DNA of 64,000 nt from a virus (lineage: Duplodnaviria > Heunggongvirae > Uroviricota > Caudoviricetes), in the IMG/VR virus record IMGVR_UViG_3300043399_000596; one strand, given 5' to 3'. The notes under the pieces were generated by a model that saw nothing but the letters and a program-made list of their open reading frames with translations, had not been told where the DNA came from and made no database searches. Position numbers and translations under genes: made by a program. Below are positions 39,913 to 48,290 of the stretch, piece by piece. Positions within the stretch are counted from its first letter, which is position 1, and each line of letters opens with the position of its first letter.

Positions 39913-40359
39913 ATGACAAGAGAATTATCACTACGTTCTACAGATATTCCAAATATCCACAAATTCGGTATAGGATTTGATTCAATGTTCGATGAACTGC
40001 TACGTGCAGCATCAGCACAAACACAGGGAAACTATCCACCCTATAATGTAATCAAAACAGGGGAAGAAACTGTATTGATTGAGGTTGCTGTGGCAGGCTT
40101 CAATGAAGGGGAAATAAGTATCACTGTGGAAAATAGTGTACTGAATATTTCAGGAGAACATGTACACACTGAAGGTGCAAATTGGGAGTATTTTCATCGA
40201 GGATTGAGCCGAAGAAACTTTAAGCAAAAATTTACTCTTGCGGAGCACGTAGAAGTAATCAATGCAGAAATTCTTAACGGCATTTTGAACATTTCGCTGG
40301 AAAGAAAGATTCCGGAAGAAAAGAAACCGAAAAACATTGCAATTAAGTACAATAAATAA
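39913..40359 (+). CDS. Hsp20/alpha-crystallin small heat-shock protein (IbpA-like)
   Basis: SD 'aaggagaaaacaATG'; 'GNYPPYNVIKTGEETVLIEVAVAGFNEGEISITVENSVLNISGEH' alpha-crystallin domain. Confidence 0.8.
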   Translation: MTRELSLRSTDIPNIHKFGIGFDSMFDELLRAASAQTQGNYPPYNVIKTGEETVLIEVAVAGFNEGEISITVENSVLNISGEHVHTEGANWEYFHRGLSRRNFKQKFTLAEHVEVINAEILNGILNISLERKIPEEKKPKNIAIKYNK

Positions 40360-40424
40360 TATAATCAATCTATATTAAATACGTGTGCAAGTGACCCTTG
40401 CACACATTCTTGAGATTAAATATC

Positions 40425-40730
40425 ATGCCACAAACTGATTCTAAAGTAACAATTAAACCAAACTTAAAAGTCAACGAACCGCCTATGTTTAAAGTAATCT
40501 ATATGAATGATGACTTTACCACTATGGAGTTTGTTGTCTCTAGTCTTATCGATCACTTCAATTATACCATAGATACCGCATCGCATATCACTAGCGGTAT
40601 TCACGAATCAGGAAGTGCAGTAGTTGCTGTATTACCCTTTGAAATCGCAGAACAAAAAGGCATGGAAGTAACATTAGAGGCGAGAGATCAAGGATTCCCA
40701 CTTCAAGTTAAAATTGAAGCAGAATCTTAA
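40425..40730 (+). CDS. clpS: ATP-dependent Clp protease adaptor ClpS
   Basis: 'PPMFKVIYMNDDFTTMEFVVSSL' aligns with E. coli ClpS '[23 protein letters not shown]'. Confidence 0.75.
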   Translation: MPQTDSKVTIKPNLKVNEPPMFKVIYMNDDFTTMEFVVSSLIDHFNYTIDTASHITSGIHESGSAVVAVLPFEIAEQKGMEVTLEARDQGFPLQVKIEAES

Positions 40731-41422
40731 ATCTTTATCTCTATACGCTTGGGATAATAGGGATCTCTGTCAAATTTAGAATTATTTACATACTTGACAC
40801 CGTTAATCACGGTGTCAACCATTTTATTATCAGAACCGTATACCCATATTGTAACTTTTTTCTCAGTGTCTTTATCTAAAACACTACCTGCATAGAAATC
40901 GTCAGTATTTGGTTCTTTCTCCTTAAAGAACAGTTCTTTAAGAGGAATACAATTGCTTATTAAGACAATCTTTCTCACATCATTGTGTAATTGAAGTTTT
41001 TCCAGAGTCTTTTCTAGATAGTTTATATCTTCATACTTGAACAGTTTCTGTTGGAAATCAATCATTTCACTAAAGTCAAAATATTTTTCTTGCCAACCGT
41101 TTATACCTACTATAGCAATACCATCAATAACTACCACGTTGTTATGTAAATAAATTACGTTTCTATAGTTTGAACAAATACTCTGTATTTCTTTTATCTT
41201 GGTATCCCTAGATATAGAATATTCATTCTCTAATGTACCATCAATAAAAAACACCCCATGGTATAAACCGCTGAGGTGTCTTAAAGTCCTGTGTAAAACA
41301 CCTATATCATTAGATATATTACCGGATAACACACAAAACAAACTTGTGGGTTTACCAGTCCAATTGAACTCGGATTCGGACGTTAACTGTAGGTCGCTAA
41401 GTAAATCAAACCCGAAGATCAT
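40727..41422 (-). CDS. hypothetical protein (possible calcineurin-like metallophosphoesterase)
   Basis: Weak resemblance only ('VLSGNISND', 'FIDGTLENEYS'). Confidence 0.3.
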   Translation of the reverse strand: MIFGFDLLSDLQLTSESEFNWTGKPTSLFCVLSGNISNDIGVLHRTLRHLSGLYHGVFFIDGTLENEYSISRDTKIKEIQSICSNYRNVIYLHNNVVVIDGIAIVGINGWQEKYFDFSEMIDFQQKLFKYEDINYLEKTLEKLQLHNDVRKIVLISNCIPLKELFFKEKEPNTDDFYAGSVLDKDTEKKVTIWVYGSDNKMVDTVINGVKYVNNSKFDRDPYYPKRIEIKI

Positions 41423-41437
41423 TGGTTAATTGAAAAA

Positions 41438-41770
41438 TTACTCTTTAGGTTTGCTAGCTTTTGGCTTTGCCGTTCTTGCTGCAGGCTTTTTAGCTCCACC
41501 GGTGGCTTTTGGCTTAGCTGCCTTTTTAGCAGGTTTTTTAGCTTTTTCTGCTACTTCTGCTACAGGTGCTGCTGCAACCTTATTTGGATTGTCAGCATGT
41601 GTCGCCCACTCAGTTTCAGATAACTTATGCAACCCAACACAGTATCCTGTAGGACTACGGCCGCAGCCACATTTCACAGGTTCAGGCTGCTTTGGTGTTT
41701 CCACCTTATATGGTGCCTGCGGGGCAGCAGTATCTGCAATTCCGAATAGTTTCTTTAAAAAATTAAACAT
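41438..41770 (-). CDS. histone H1-like basic protein with N-terminal Cys/His knuckle
   Basis: Strong SD on the minus strand ('aaggagaacattATG'); 'CGCGRSPTGYCVGLH'; C-terminus 'AEKAKKPAKKAAKPKATGGAKKPAARTAKPKASKPKE'. Confidence 0.55.
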   Translation of the reverse strand: MFNFLKKLFGIADTAAPQAPYKVETPKQPEPVKCGCGRSPTGYCVGLHKLSETEWATHADNPNKVAAAPVAEVAEKAKKPAKKAAKPKATGGAKKPAARTAKPKASKPKE

Positions 41771-41842
41771 AATGTTCTCCTTATCATACTATTTAGATAT
41801 TTTATACAGAATGGTATTTTTTATATTGTACTAAATAATAGT

Positions 41843-42334
41843 ATGGCATACACCGATCTAACTTTGCGAGAGTTAATGGAGTTACCGTTACCCTCTTATA
41901 CTGAGCAAAAAAGATTGTATTTTAGGCCATCACCTCGACAAATTCATCATGTTTATGAGTTAATTAACTATCACGTTTTTAACAATAAACTCAGAAAACC
42001 AAGACTAATAATTGCCCCTAGAAGACAAAAATATTGGGGGATGTGCATCGGCAATATAGAGATGCAAAAAACAGGAAGTTACTGTGATATAGAGTTAATG
42101 GATAAGTGGATAAGTGTTCAATGGATGGTAGCCACACTAGCGCACGAAATGGTTCATCAATATCAATGGGATATTCTAGGCCCGCAACGATATGATGAAG
42201 GTAAACCATTTTTAATGAGTCATGGGCCTTCATTCTTCAGTTTTAAAGACAAATTAGAAGATCATTTTATACCATTAAAGACTGCACACAGTCAGCGTAA
42301 ATGGTACAAACATCAAGATTTATTTAAAACCTAA
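41843..42334 (+). CDS. SprT/Wss1-like zinc metalloprotease
   Basis: HExxH in 'MVATLAHEMVHQYQWD'. Confidence 0.5.
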   Translation: MAYTDLTLRELMELPLPSYTEQKRLYFRPSPRQIHHVYELINYHVFNNKLRKPRLIIAPRRQKYWGMCIGNIEMQKTGSYCDIELMDKWISVQWMVATLAHEMVHQYQWDILGPQRYDEGKPFLMSHGPSFFSFKDKLEDHFIPLKTAHSQRKWYKHQDLFKT

Positions 42335-42353
42335 TATGTCATAAATACATATT

Positions 42354-43910
42354 ATGCGTGATATTTTAGATAAACTTACCCTATTAATTGAAGCTACTGG
42401 GCTAGCAGGAAGAAAACCCGGAGACCCCTTTCAAAACGATGCTGGGGAAACCATTACATTTAACAATATTCAATTCTTTCCTGAAGGTGGCGGGAGATAT
42501 GAACCCGAAGAACTCGACCAAGCAATCGCACAAGTATCTAAACAGATACCCAACATTCAATGGCAAAACGCAAAAACTACTAGGGCAGGTGGTTTTGCTC
42601 TAATCACATTTGATACTAAAAGTGGTCCTACAACAATAGGTCGTTATCTAAACGATGTAAAAGCTGATCCTGTACAGAATACAATTGATAACAAATTTGT
42701 AATGAACGGTCAGAATTGGAAGTTTGCTAGTAAATCAGCTAAGAAAGAACAATCAGGATTATCACCGTTAGACTTATTGACTGACAGAGATTTGCAAACC
42801 ATACCCGGCATCATGAATCAACTTGCCAAAAGTTTAGGAACAAGTCATCCATTGTACGCAGTCGCACACAAAGTTGCTATAGGTGAGCCGTTACCTATGT
42901 CATTCAAAGCACCTAAAGACATACCATTTGCTGCTTTCCGTGATTATTTCTGTGAGATATTACAGCCCATTGCATTGCAAAAAGGACAATTCAATGGTAA
43001 TGCTATGGATGCGGCCGAAAGATTTTTAGATGGATCCTTTGAAGATACGTTGATTACATTCGGTGCAACAAAAACAGGTGGTTTGACTGACAGTGTTATA
43101 AGCACTAAAGACGGAAAAACTTTGCTTATTAGTAGCAAAGGTGGTAAAGGTGCAGAAGCAAGTGCTAAAAACTTGTATGATGAGGTTCAGAAATTAAAAA
43201 CTAATCCTACTGGACAAAAGTTTTTAAAGAAGTATGCTAAAGAAGTTCAACTATTAGATGACATGATTGGTGCTGGTATGCACGGAGCTCCATTGAAACT
43301 AGCAGTAGATGAGGGTCTGATTGATGCAGAAGAAGCTGAACAAGTTAAAGCATTGCGAAACTTACCTAAAATAGATTTAGAGAATGTAGGTGGACTAAAA
43401 TTGTCTGCTAAATTAAAGAACCTAGCAAAATCTAGAAAGACAAAAAATCCCACTTCAGTTAACATCTACATGCACTTAATCGCTGCGATTGCACATAAAG
43501 TAGCTGAACACGTAAATGCAACAACTAATTTCCCTAAAGCTGCTGCTGACATTTTAAACAACGGAGCACTAGTTCAGGTCTACACAAAAGCGAATGAGGG
43601 AAAAGATCAATGGACTTTAAACGAATTCAAAACAGTTTATCCAAGTGATGCAATTAAAGGTGTGTTTTTGAGTGCTGGTAAAAATTACTCCAGTACTGAA
43701 ATCAAGGGTAACTTCACTTTCTTAATTGACCAAGGACAAGGTAAACCCAAAGCTAGTTCGGGTGATGATGCTCCAGAATCTACAGTAGAACCAAGCAAGA
43801 CACAGGATACTGATGATTTGGCAAAAGCTGCATCTGATATTACGGAACCTAGATCCAAACGAAAGCCACAAGCAACTTCTGGAATAGGTAGAGAAAAACG
43901 AGCCAAATAA
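42354..43910 (+). CDS. hypothetical protein (518 aa)
   Basis: ORF track; no motif recognised. Confidence 0.45.
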   Translation: MRDILDKLTLLIEATGLAGRKPGDPFQNDAGETITFNNIQFFPEGGGRYEPEELDQAIAQVSKQIPNIQWQNAKTTRAGGFALITFDTKSGPTTIGRYLNDVKADPVQNTIDNKFVMNGQNWKFASKSAKKEQSGLSPLDLLTDRDLQTIPGIMNQLAKSLGTSHPLYAVAHKVAIGEPLPMSFKAPKDIPFAAFRDYFCEILQPIALQKGQFNGNAMDAAERFLDGSFEDTLITFGATKTGGLTDSVISTKDGKTLLISSKGGKGAEASAKNLYDEVQKLKTNPTGQKFLKKYAKEVQLLDDMIGAGMHGAPLKLAVDEGLIDAEEAEQVKALRNLPKIDLENVGGLKLSAKLKNLAKSRKTKNPTSVNIYMHLIAAIAHKVAEHVNATTNFPKAAADILNNGALVQVYTKANEGKDQWTLNEFKTVYPSDAIKGVFLSAGKNYSSTEIKGNFTFLIDQGQGKPKASSGDDAPESTVEPSKTQDTDDLAKAASDITEPRSKRKPQATSGIGREKRAK

Positions 43911-43964
43911 GTTGACTTCCTACATAAAAACTGTATAATAGTTTTTATTTTACAAAGGAAGTTT

Positions 43965-44585
43965 ATGAGTCTAGTTCCAATCGTTGTCGAACAAACTGCA
44001 AAGGGTGAGCGTAGTTATGACATTTACAGCCGCCTATTGCGTGACCGTGTTGTCATGCTTGAAGGTGAAGTTCATGACCAAATGGCAAATTTGATTGTTG
44101 CCCAATTGCTTTTCCTAGAATCAGAAAACCCCGACAAAGATATTAGCATGTATATCAACAGCCCAGGTGGTCAAGTAACTGCTGGTCTAGCAATCTATGA
44201 TACGATGCAATTTATTAAGTGTGATGTTCAAACTATCGTATTGGGTCAGGCTTGTAGCATGGGTTCGTTCCTAGCACAAGCAGGTGCTAAGGGCAAACGA
44301 TTTGTTCTCCCAGAAGCACGTACTATGATTCACCGTGTTAGTTCTGGTACTCCTAGTACACGAGGTAGTGTTCATGTACAAGAACTTCAATTTGAAGATG
44401 CCAAGCGCACATTTGAAGAAAGTCAACGTATTAACAAACGTTTGACCGAACTCTATGTGAAGCACAACTCCGCAGGTAAGTCTTACGAAGAATTGTTTGA
44501 AACCATGAAGTTTGATACATTCTTGTCAGCACAGGAAGCGGTTGATTGGGGTCTCGCAGACAAAGTGGTCGAGAAGCGAGAGTAA
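43965..44585 (+). CDS. clpP: ATP-dependent Clp protease proteolytic subunit ClpP
   Basis: '[21 protein letters not shown]', active-site Ser in '[10 protein letters not shown]', His in '[10 protein letters not shown]'. Confidence 0.9.
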   Translation: MSLVPIVVEQTAKGERSYDIYSRLLRDRVVMLEGEVHDQMANLIVAQLLFLESENPDKDISMYINSPGGQVTAGLAIYDTMQFIKCDVQTIVLGQACSMGSFLAQAGAKGKRFVLPEARTMIHRVSSGTPSTRGSVHVQELQFEDAKRTFEESQRINKRLTELYVKHNSAGKSYEELFETMKFDTFLSAQEAVDWGLADKVVEKRE

Positions 44586-44603
44586 CACTCTAGTATTCAA
44601 AAT

Positions 44604-44628
44604 GCTCCGCGAGTCGGGGCTTTTTTTT
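44604..44628 (+). terminator. rho-independent terminator after clpP
   Basis: 'gctccgcgagtcggggc' hairpin followed by T8. Confidence 0.6.
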
Positions 44629-44630
44629 GG

Positions 44631-44659
44631 TTGACAAAAAATGAATTTGGGCGCATAAT
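44631..44659 (+). promoter_or_regulatory. sigma70-type promoter (TTGACA-17-CATAAT)
   Basis: 'TTGACAaaaaatgaatttgggcgCATAAT'. Confidence 0.6.
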
Positions 44660-44689
44660 TAGTAGTATCAAAAATGATAAATACTTATT

Positions 44690-44872
44690 ATGCGACTCAA
44701 TGAAATCAACCAACCTAGCAAAAAAGCAATTTTTGAAAGTCTCAAGTCTGATAAAGACCACACTTTCAACGATGACACCTTGCAGGAGATCACGGAATCC
44801 GTGAGCAACTTTAACCACAATCAGGAAAGCATGACCGTGGAAGAAGCACTTGAGTGGCTCGATAAGGTTTAA
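44690..44872 (+). CDS. hypothetical small acidic protein
   Basis: ORF track; downstream of the promoter. Confidence 0.4.
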   Translation: MRLNEINQPSKKAIFESLKSDKDHTFNDDTLQEITESVSNFNHNQESMTVEEALEWLDKV

Positions 44873-44877
44873 GGTTA

Positions 44878-45615
44878 ATGCTCAGGGTTTTAGGTACACA
44901 AACAGGCGGAGAATTAGAACGAACACTAAACAAATTTAGTGACCAAAAAGAGCGCCTAAAAAAAGAATTATCCTCTTTTATTAAATGGAAAAATAATATT
45001 CCATTTAATGGTTCTGCACCCGGATTTCAAGGTTTCGGTGATAGTGATAAGAGATTTAATACTAGAGGTAATTTAACAAAGGGCGGTAGTAATCTAAGTC
45101 ATGCACATTTAACACATAATCTAAGTATAGTATACAGCGTTAATCAAGCTGATAATACATTAACATTATACGGTATATATAGTCACGATGATTTAGGTAC
45201 TGGTAATCCACCTAATATGCAAAGGCAACAGCAAATGGCTACACGCTGGGCCAATATGAAATTTGCAGGTGATAGTGATTCTTCATTATTGAATGTAACT
45301 AAAAAAGATATTGTTCAAAAATCACCAACTAATAAACCTGATTATACACCTAAAGAAAAACCTTCCCAAGTAGCTCCACAAAAATCCGTAGAGAATCCTT
45401 TAATTAAATTAGCTAAAACTACTGATAATCAATGGCCACAAAGAAATTTATATAATCAATTAATTAATGCTAAAACAAAACAAGAACAATTAATGTTAAT
45501 TAATAAAGAAGCGCAATATCTCAACTTAATAAGACAGCGAAATAAATTATATCCAAATCAAATGGAATATATGCGTGGTTTACAATCAATTTTTAATCAG
45601 TTAACACAAAAGTAA
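44878..45615 (+). CDS. hypothetical protein (possible RelE/YafQ-like N-terminal fold, Q/N-rich C-terminus)
   Basis: 'HLTHNLSIVYSVNQADNTLTLYGIYSHDDLG' weakly resembles the RelE/YafQ core beta-strands. Confidence 0.4.
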   Translation: MLRVLGTQTGGELERTLNKFSDQKERLKKELSSFIKWKNNIPFNGSAPGFQGFGDSDKRFNTRGNLTKGGSNLSHAHLTHNLSIVYSVNQADNTLTLYGIYSHDDLGTGNPPNMQRQQQMATRWANMKFAGDSDSSLLNVTKKDIVQKSPTNKPDYTPKEKPSQVAPQKSVENPLIKLAKTTDNQWPQRNLYNQLINAKTKQEQLMLINKEAQYLNLIRQRNKLYPNQMEYMRGLQSIFNQLTQK

Positions 45616-45623
45616 ACAAAAAA

Positions 45624-45646
45624 CAGCCCCCGAGGCTGTTTTTTTT
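45624..45646 (+). terminator. rho-independent terminator
   Basis: 'cagcccccgaggctg' hairpin followed by T8. Confidence 0.65.
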
Positions 45647-45648
45647 GG

Positions 45649-45690
45649 TTGACAATAAATCAGTTTGGGCATACAATACATGTATTGATT
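45649..45690 (+). promoter_or_regulatory. reiterated early promoter: TTGACA-17-TACAAT plus 14-bp palindrome CAATACATGTATTG
   Basis: 'TTGACAataaatcagtttgggcaTACAATacatgtattgattgattaaaggag'. Confidence 0.7.
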
Positions 45691-45707
45691 GATTAAAGGA
45701 GTCTGAC

Positions 45708-45947
45708 ATGACTATCAAGCGTTTCAAACAAACCCAACGTTTTCGTATTTGTATCGGTGCTGTGTCGTTTTACGCAACCGCTAAACAGATTCGTAATGGT
45801 GTCGGTGACTTTGGTGTTTGCAATGCCGCAACACAAAAGGCTCTGGAATCTTTGGAATACACCCGCTCTTGCGGTGGTGTTCTGTCCAACACTGTTGGAC
45901 AATCTGGCACTTGGGAAGGTATGCAAGTTCAACTGAATATGGCTTGA
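45708..45947 (+). CDS. hypothetical small protein
   Basis: SD 'aaaggag'; the stop TGA lies inside the next promoter's -35 hexamer. Confidence 0.45.
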   Translation: MTIKRFKQTQRFRICIGAVSFYATAKQIRNGVGDFGVCNAATQKALESLEYTRSCGGVLSNTVGQSGTWEGMQVQLNMA

Positions 45948-45985
45948 CAATAAATCATTTCGGGCATATAATACATGTATTGATT
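45944..45985 (+). promoter_or_regulatory. reiterated early promoter copy (TTGACA-17-TATAAT, ATACATGTAT palindrome)
   Basis: 'TTGACAataaatcatttcgggcaTATAATacatgtattgattg'. Confidence 0.65.
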
Positions 45986-45998
45986 GAAAAAGACCGAA

Positions 45999-46163
45999 AT
46001 GAATACTGTTTTGTACTACTTAAATCTTGCATTTATGCCCCTGTTGTTCTTGGTCATTCTGGTCAAAAATGTATACATTCTGACTATTCAAGCATATCAC
46101 TGGACTGTCAGTGAAACAAAAAGTGCTTATCGTTCTAACCGTCGTGCGTTCAAAATGGACTGA
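45999..46163 (+). CDS. small hydrophobic membrane protein (54 aa, below track cutoff)
   Basis: 'MNTVLYYLNLAFMPLLFLVILVKNVYILTIQAYHW...' immediately downstream of the promoter copy. Confidence 0.35.
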   Translation: MNTVLYYLNLAFMPLLFLVILVKNVYILTIQAYHWTVSETKSAYRSNRRAFKMD

Positions 46164-46174
46164 AAGGTAATACT

Positions 46175-46384
46175 ATGGGTTACAAAATTCTGCGTGAGCG
46201 TGATGCTAAGTATCAACCCCGTGACGGTCTGGAAGGTCCTTTCTTCTACCCGAACGGTCAGGTTCTGTACTACGATCCGAAAGAAGGAAAGTACTACGAT
46301 CCTACTACCGACTTCTATGTCGAATATGAGGACGTGCAGGAACTGCAAAATCAAATCTTGAGCCTGCTTGTGGGTAAAAACTAA
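46175..46384 (+). CDS. hypothetical small protein
   Basis: SD 'aaaggtaatactATG'. Confidence 0.45.
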   Translation: MGYKILRERDAKYQPRDGLEGPFFYPNGQVLYYDPKEGKYYDPTTDFYVEYEDVQELQNQILSLLVGKN

Positions 46385-46402
46385 TACGAAAGCTAACAAA
46401 AA

Positions 46403-46606
46403 ATGTATACTTTAGTATTCATTTTATCTACCCCGGTCTTCTTAGGGGAATATTATAACCTAGCCTCGTGTCAGAATGCGATCCGTGAAATTTACGCATT
46501 TCAAATCAACCCTGCTGGACAGCGCCTGCCTGAGTTAAACGAAAGTATTAATATTCGGGCCAATACACAAAAGTCTTACCTCTGTATACCGAAGAAAAAG
46601 GATTGA
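46403..46606 (+). CDS. hypothetical small protein
   Basis: ORF track; stop TGA inside the next -35. Confidence 0.4.
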   Translation: MYTLVFILSTPVFLGEYYNLASCQNAIREIYAFQINPAGQRLPELNESINIRANTQKSYLCIPKKKD

Positions 46607-46644
46607 CAATAAATCGTTTTGGGCATACAATACATGTATTGATT
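46603..46644 (+). promoter_or_regulatory. reiterated early promoter copy
   Basis: 'TTGACAataaatcgttttgggcaTACAATacatgtattgattgattaacggag'. Confidence 0.7.
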
Positions 46645-46662
46645 GATTAACGGAGCACTGAA

Positions 46663-46992
46663 ATGTTTGAAAAAGAAACCGAACACAAAAACGCAGGTCA
46701 ATGGGCTTGGTTTGCTGAGCGTGATGCCCGTATGCGTAGTGCAGTCAATAGTACTACTTTTTCTGATACTCAAAAACTGAAAGCCGAGCGTGTCAAATTG
46801 GCTCTGGAAATGGTTTACAGTGCTGAAAAAGTATTCATTGAATACCGCAAAAAATTCATTAGTGTAAAAGTACACAAAGCACAGGTAAAGGATAACAAAG
46901 GTCTGATCCTTCTGGACATGTGCTACAAAAACGAAGGTCTTGAGAAGGTCAAGACTGCACAAGGTGTAACATATCGTATTCTGAAAGTCTAA
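46663..46992 (+). CDS. hypothetical protein
   Basis: ORF track. Confidence 0.45.
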   Translation: MFEKETEHKNAGQWAWFAERDARMRSAVNSTTFSDTQKLKAERVKLALEMVYSAEKVFIEYRKKFISVKVHKAQVKDNKGLILLDMCYKNEGLEKVKTAQGVTYRILKV

Positions 46993-46994
46993 TC

Positions 46995-47183
46995 ATGCGT
47001 AACAAAAAAGTACTCAAATTGGAACAAGCTATCAATACTCTGGAATATGCAAAATTCCAGATCAAAGAGGCTCTGGGTGACACTGACTCCTACCAAATGT
47101 CTGCCAATCAAATTGATGCTCTGATTGAGGATATCAATGTTGACCTTGAATACCTTGCTCAATCTCGCTACCAGCGCGGTTGA
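46995..47183 (+). CDS. hypothetical small protein
   Basis: ORF track; stop inside the next -35. Confidence 0.4.
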   Translation: MRNKKVLKLEQAINTLEYAKFQIKEALGDTDSYQMSANQIDALIEDINVDLEYLAQSRYQRG

Positions 47184-47220
47184 CAATAAATGGTTTTGGG
47201 CATATAATACTTGTATTGAG
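47180..47220 (+). promoter_or_regulatory. reiterated early promoter copy (TTGACA-17-TATAAT, degenerate palindrome)
   Basis: 'TTGACAataaatggttttgggcaTATAATacttgtattgag'. Confidence 0.6.
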
Positions 47221-47234
47221 TTTGAAAGCAACAC

Positions 47235-47378
47235 ATGTCCGTCTATATTGTCATTCGCAACGATAAAATTGATTCGGTGTTTCTAACACAAGAAAAGGCT
47301 CAGGAACACATTGACAGCATCAAAGGTTGGAATCTTTGGAAAATAGTTGAAAAAGAAATTGAAGGAACATTAGTATGA
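47235..47378 (+). CDS. small protein (47 aa, below track cutoff)
   Basis: '[47 protein letters not shown]'; ATGA-coupled to the next gene. Confidence 0.35.
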   Translation: MSVYIVIRNDKIDSVFLTQEKAQEHIDSIKGWNLWKIVEKEIEGTLV

Positions 47379-47638
47379 ACCAACGAATTTATGAACTTCG
47401 GTGCAAGGCTCAAGAGGCCGCGGCTGAGGCTTTTCCTGGCGATGTGCCATTTGACCCAAATCCCGATCCAATACTGTGGGACAGGATTCATTCAAGTTAT
47501 GAATTGTTCGCCCAGTTGATTGTCCAACGGACATTGGATATCATTGAAGCACACACTGAAATTTTTCAAAGTGCCGAAGCAAAAGCCATGGTTGAACATA
47601 TTAAACAATCTGTAAAAACTGATTTTGGGATTGATTAA
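47375..47638 (+). CDS. hypothetical small protein
   Basis: ORF track. Confidence 0.4.
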   Translation: MNQRIYELRCKAQEAAAEAFPGDVPFDPNPDPILWDRIHSSYELFAQLIVQRTLDIIEAHTEIFQSAEAKAMVEHIKQSVKTDFGID

Positions 47639-48144
47639 AGATAGGACCAACCATCTTTATTGACAGAGCACCTGTATCGGATGCCTTCACTGGTTATATG
47701 ATACGCATTTGCGGCATCTATTAACTTATTGAATATCGTACCGTCAGGTGCTACACATCCTTTAACTCTCCAAGTTTGAGTACGACCTAGCATTTTGTCT
47801 CTGATTTTCTTTTTATGATCCTCAGACCTTTTTGCTCCAGTGGCACCATCCCCTCCATCAGATTTATTGCGTAATATACCGGTATTAATATCTTTTCTTC
47901 CATACCATTTAATTAATCTACGCTCAATTGCTAATGCACCAATATCAGTTAAATTGGACTCTATTATTATAATTTTATTAATATTAACCGGCGGATAAAC
48001 CTCACCTTTTCCTTTAATCCAGGCTCTTTTACCTAAACCTTTTCCGATATAATATGGGGTATTATCTTGTCTCAGATATGCGTAAACATAGAATCCGTTG
48101 GGCGGATTTGATTTTGAATAAATATTCATGCTGATGCTCCTCAA
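47635..48144 (-). mobile_element. GIY-YIG homing endonuclease gene (free-standing HEG), antisense to the surrounding early genes
   Basis: '[26 protein letters not shown]' GIY-YIG core plus a basic C-terminal DNA-binding region; the only minus-strand gene in a plus-strand array. Confidence 0.75.
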
Positions 48145-48227
48145 TAGCGTTAGAGTAGTTGGGGTTTCCGACGCCCGCGAACTACACTTTTATTTATCAT
48201 TGTTGCGCCAAAACAACACCCAAAAAT

Positions 48228-48268
48228 TTGACAAATATTCCCAAATCTGCTACAATACTTGTATTGAA
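48228..48268 (+). promoter_or_regulatory. reiterated early promoter copy
   Basis: 'TTGACAaatattcccaaatctgcTACAATacttgtattgaaac'. Confidence 0.6.
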
Positions 48269-48290
48269 ACTGATAAACAGGAGTTAACAA

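Noticed and set aside
40383-40405. Hairpin 'gtgtgcaag-tgacc-cttgcacac' between hsp20 and clpS
   Set aside because: Good 9-bp stem but a poor downstream U-tract (attcttgag). It may be an attenuator or RNA-processing site rather than an intrinsic terminator, so it was not listed as a feature.
40727-41422. Metallophosphoesterase call for the minus-strand 231-aa protein
   Set aside because: Motif similarity (GDxHG/GNHE-like) is too weak to assert. It is reported only as a low-confidence possibility.
41430-41834. Plus-strand 134-aa Ala/Gly/Phe-rich ORF overlapping the histone-like gene
   Set aside because: It is the mirror image of the AKKPAKK repeat gene, has no RBS, and has composition typical of an antisense artefact. 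The minus-strand ORF has a strong SD and a recognisable protein class.
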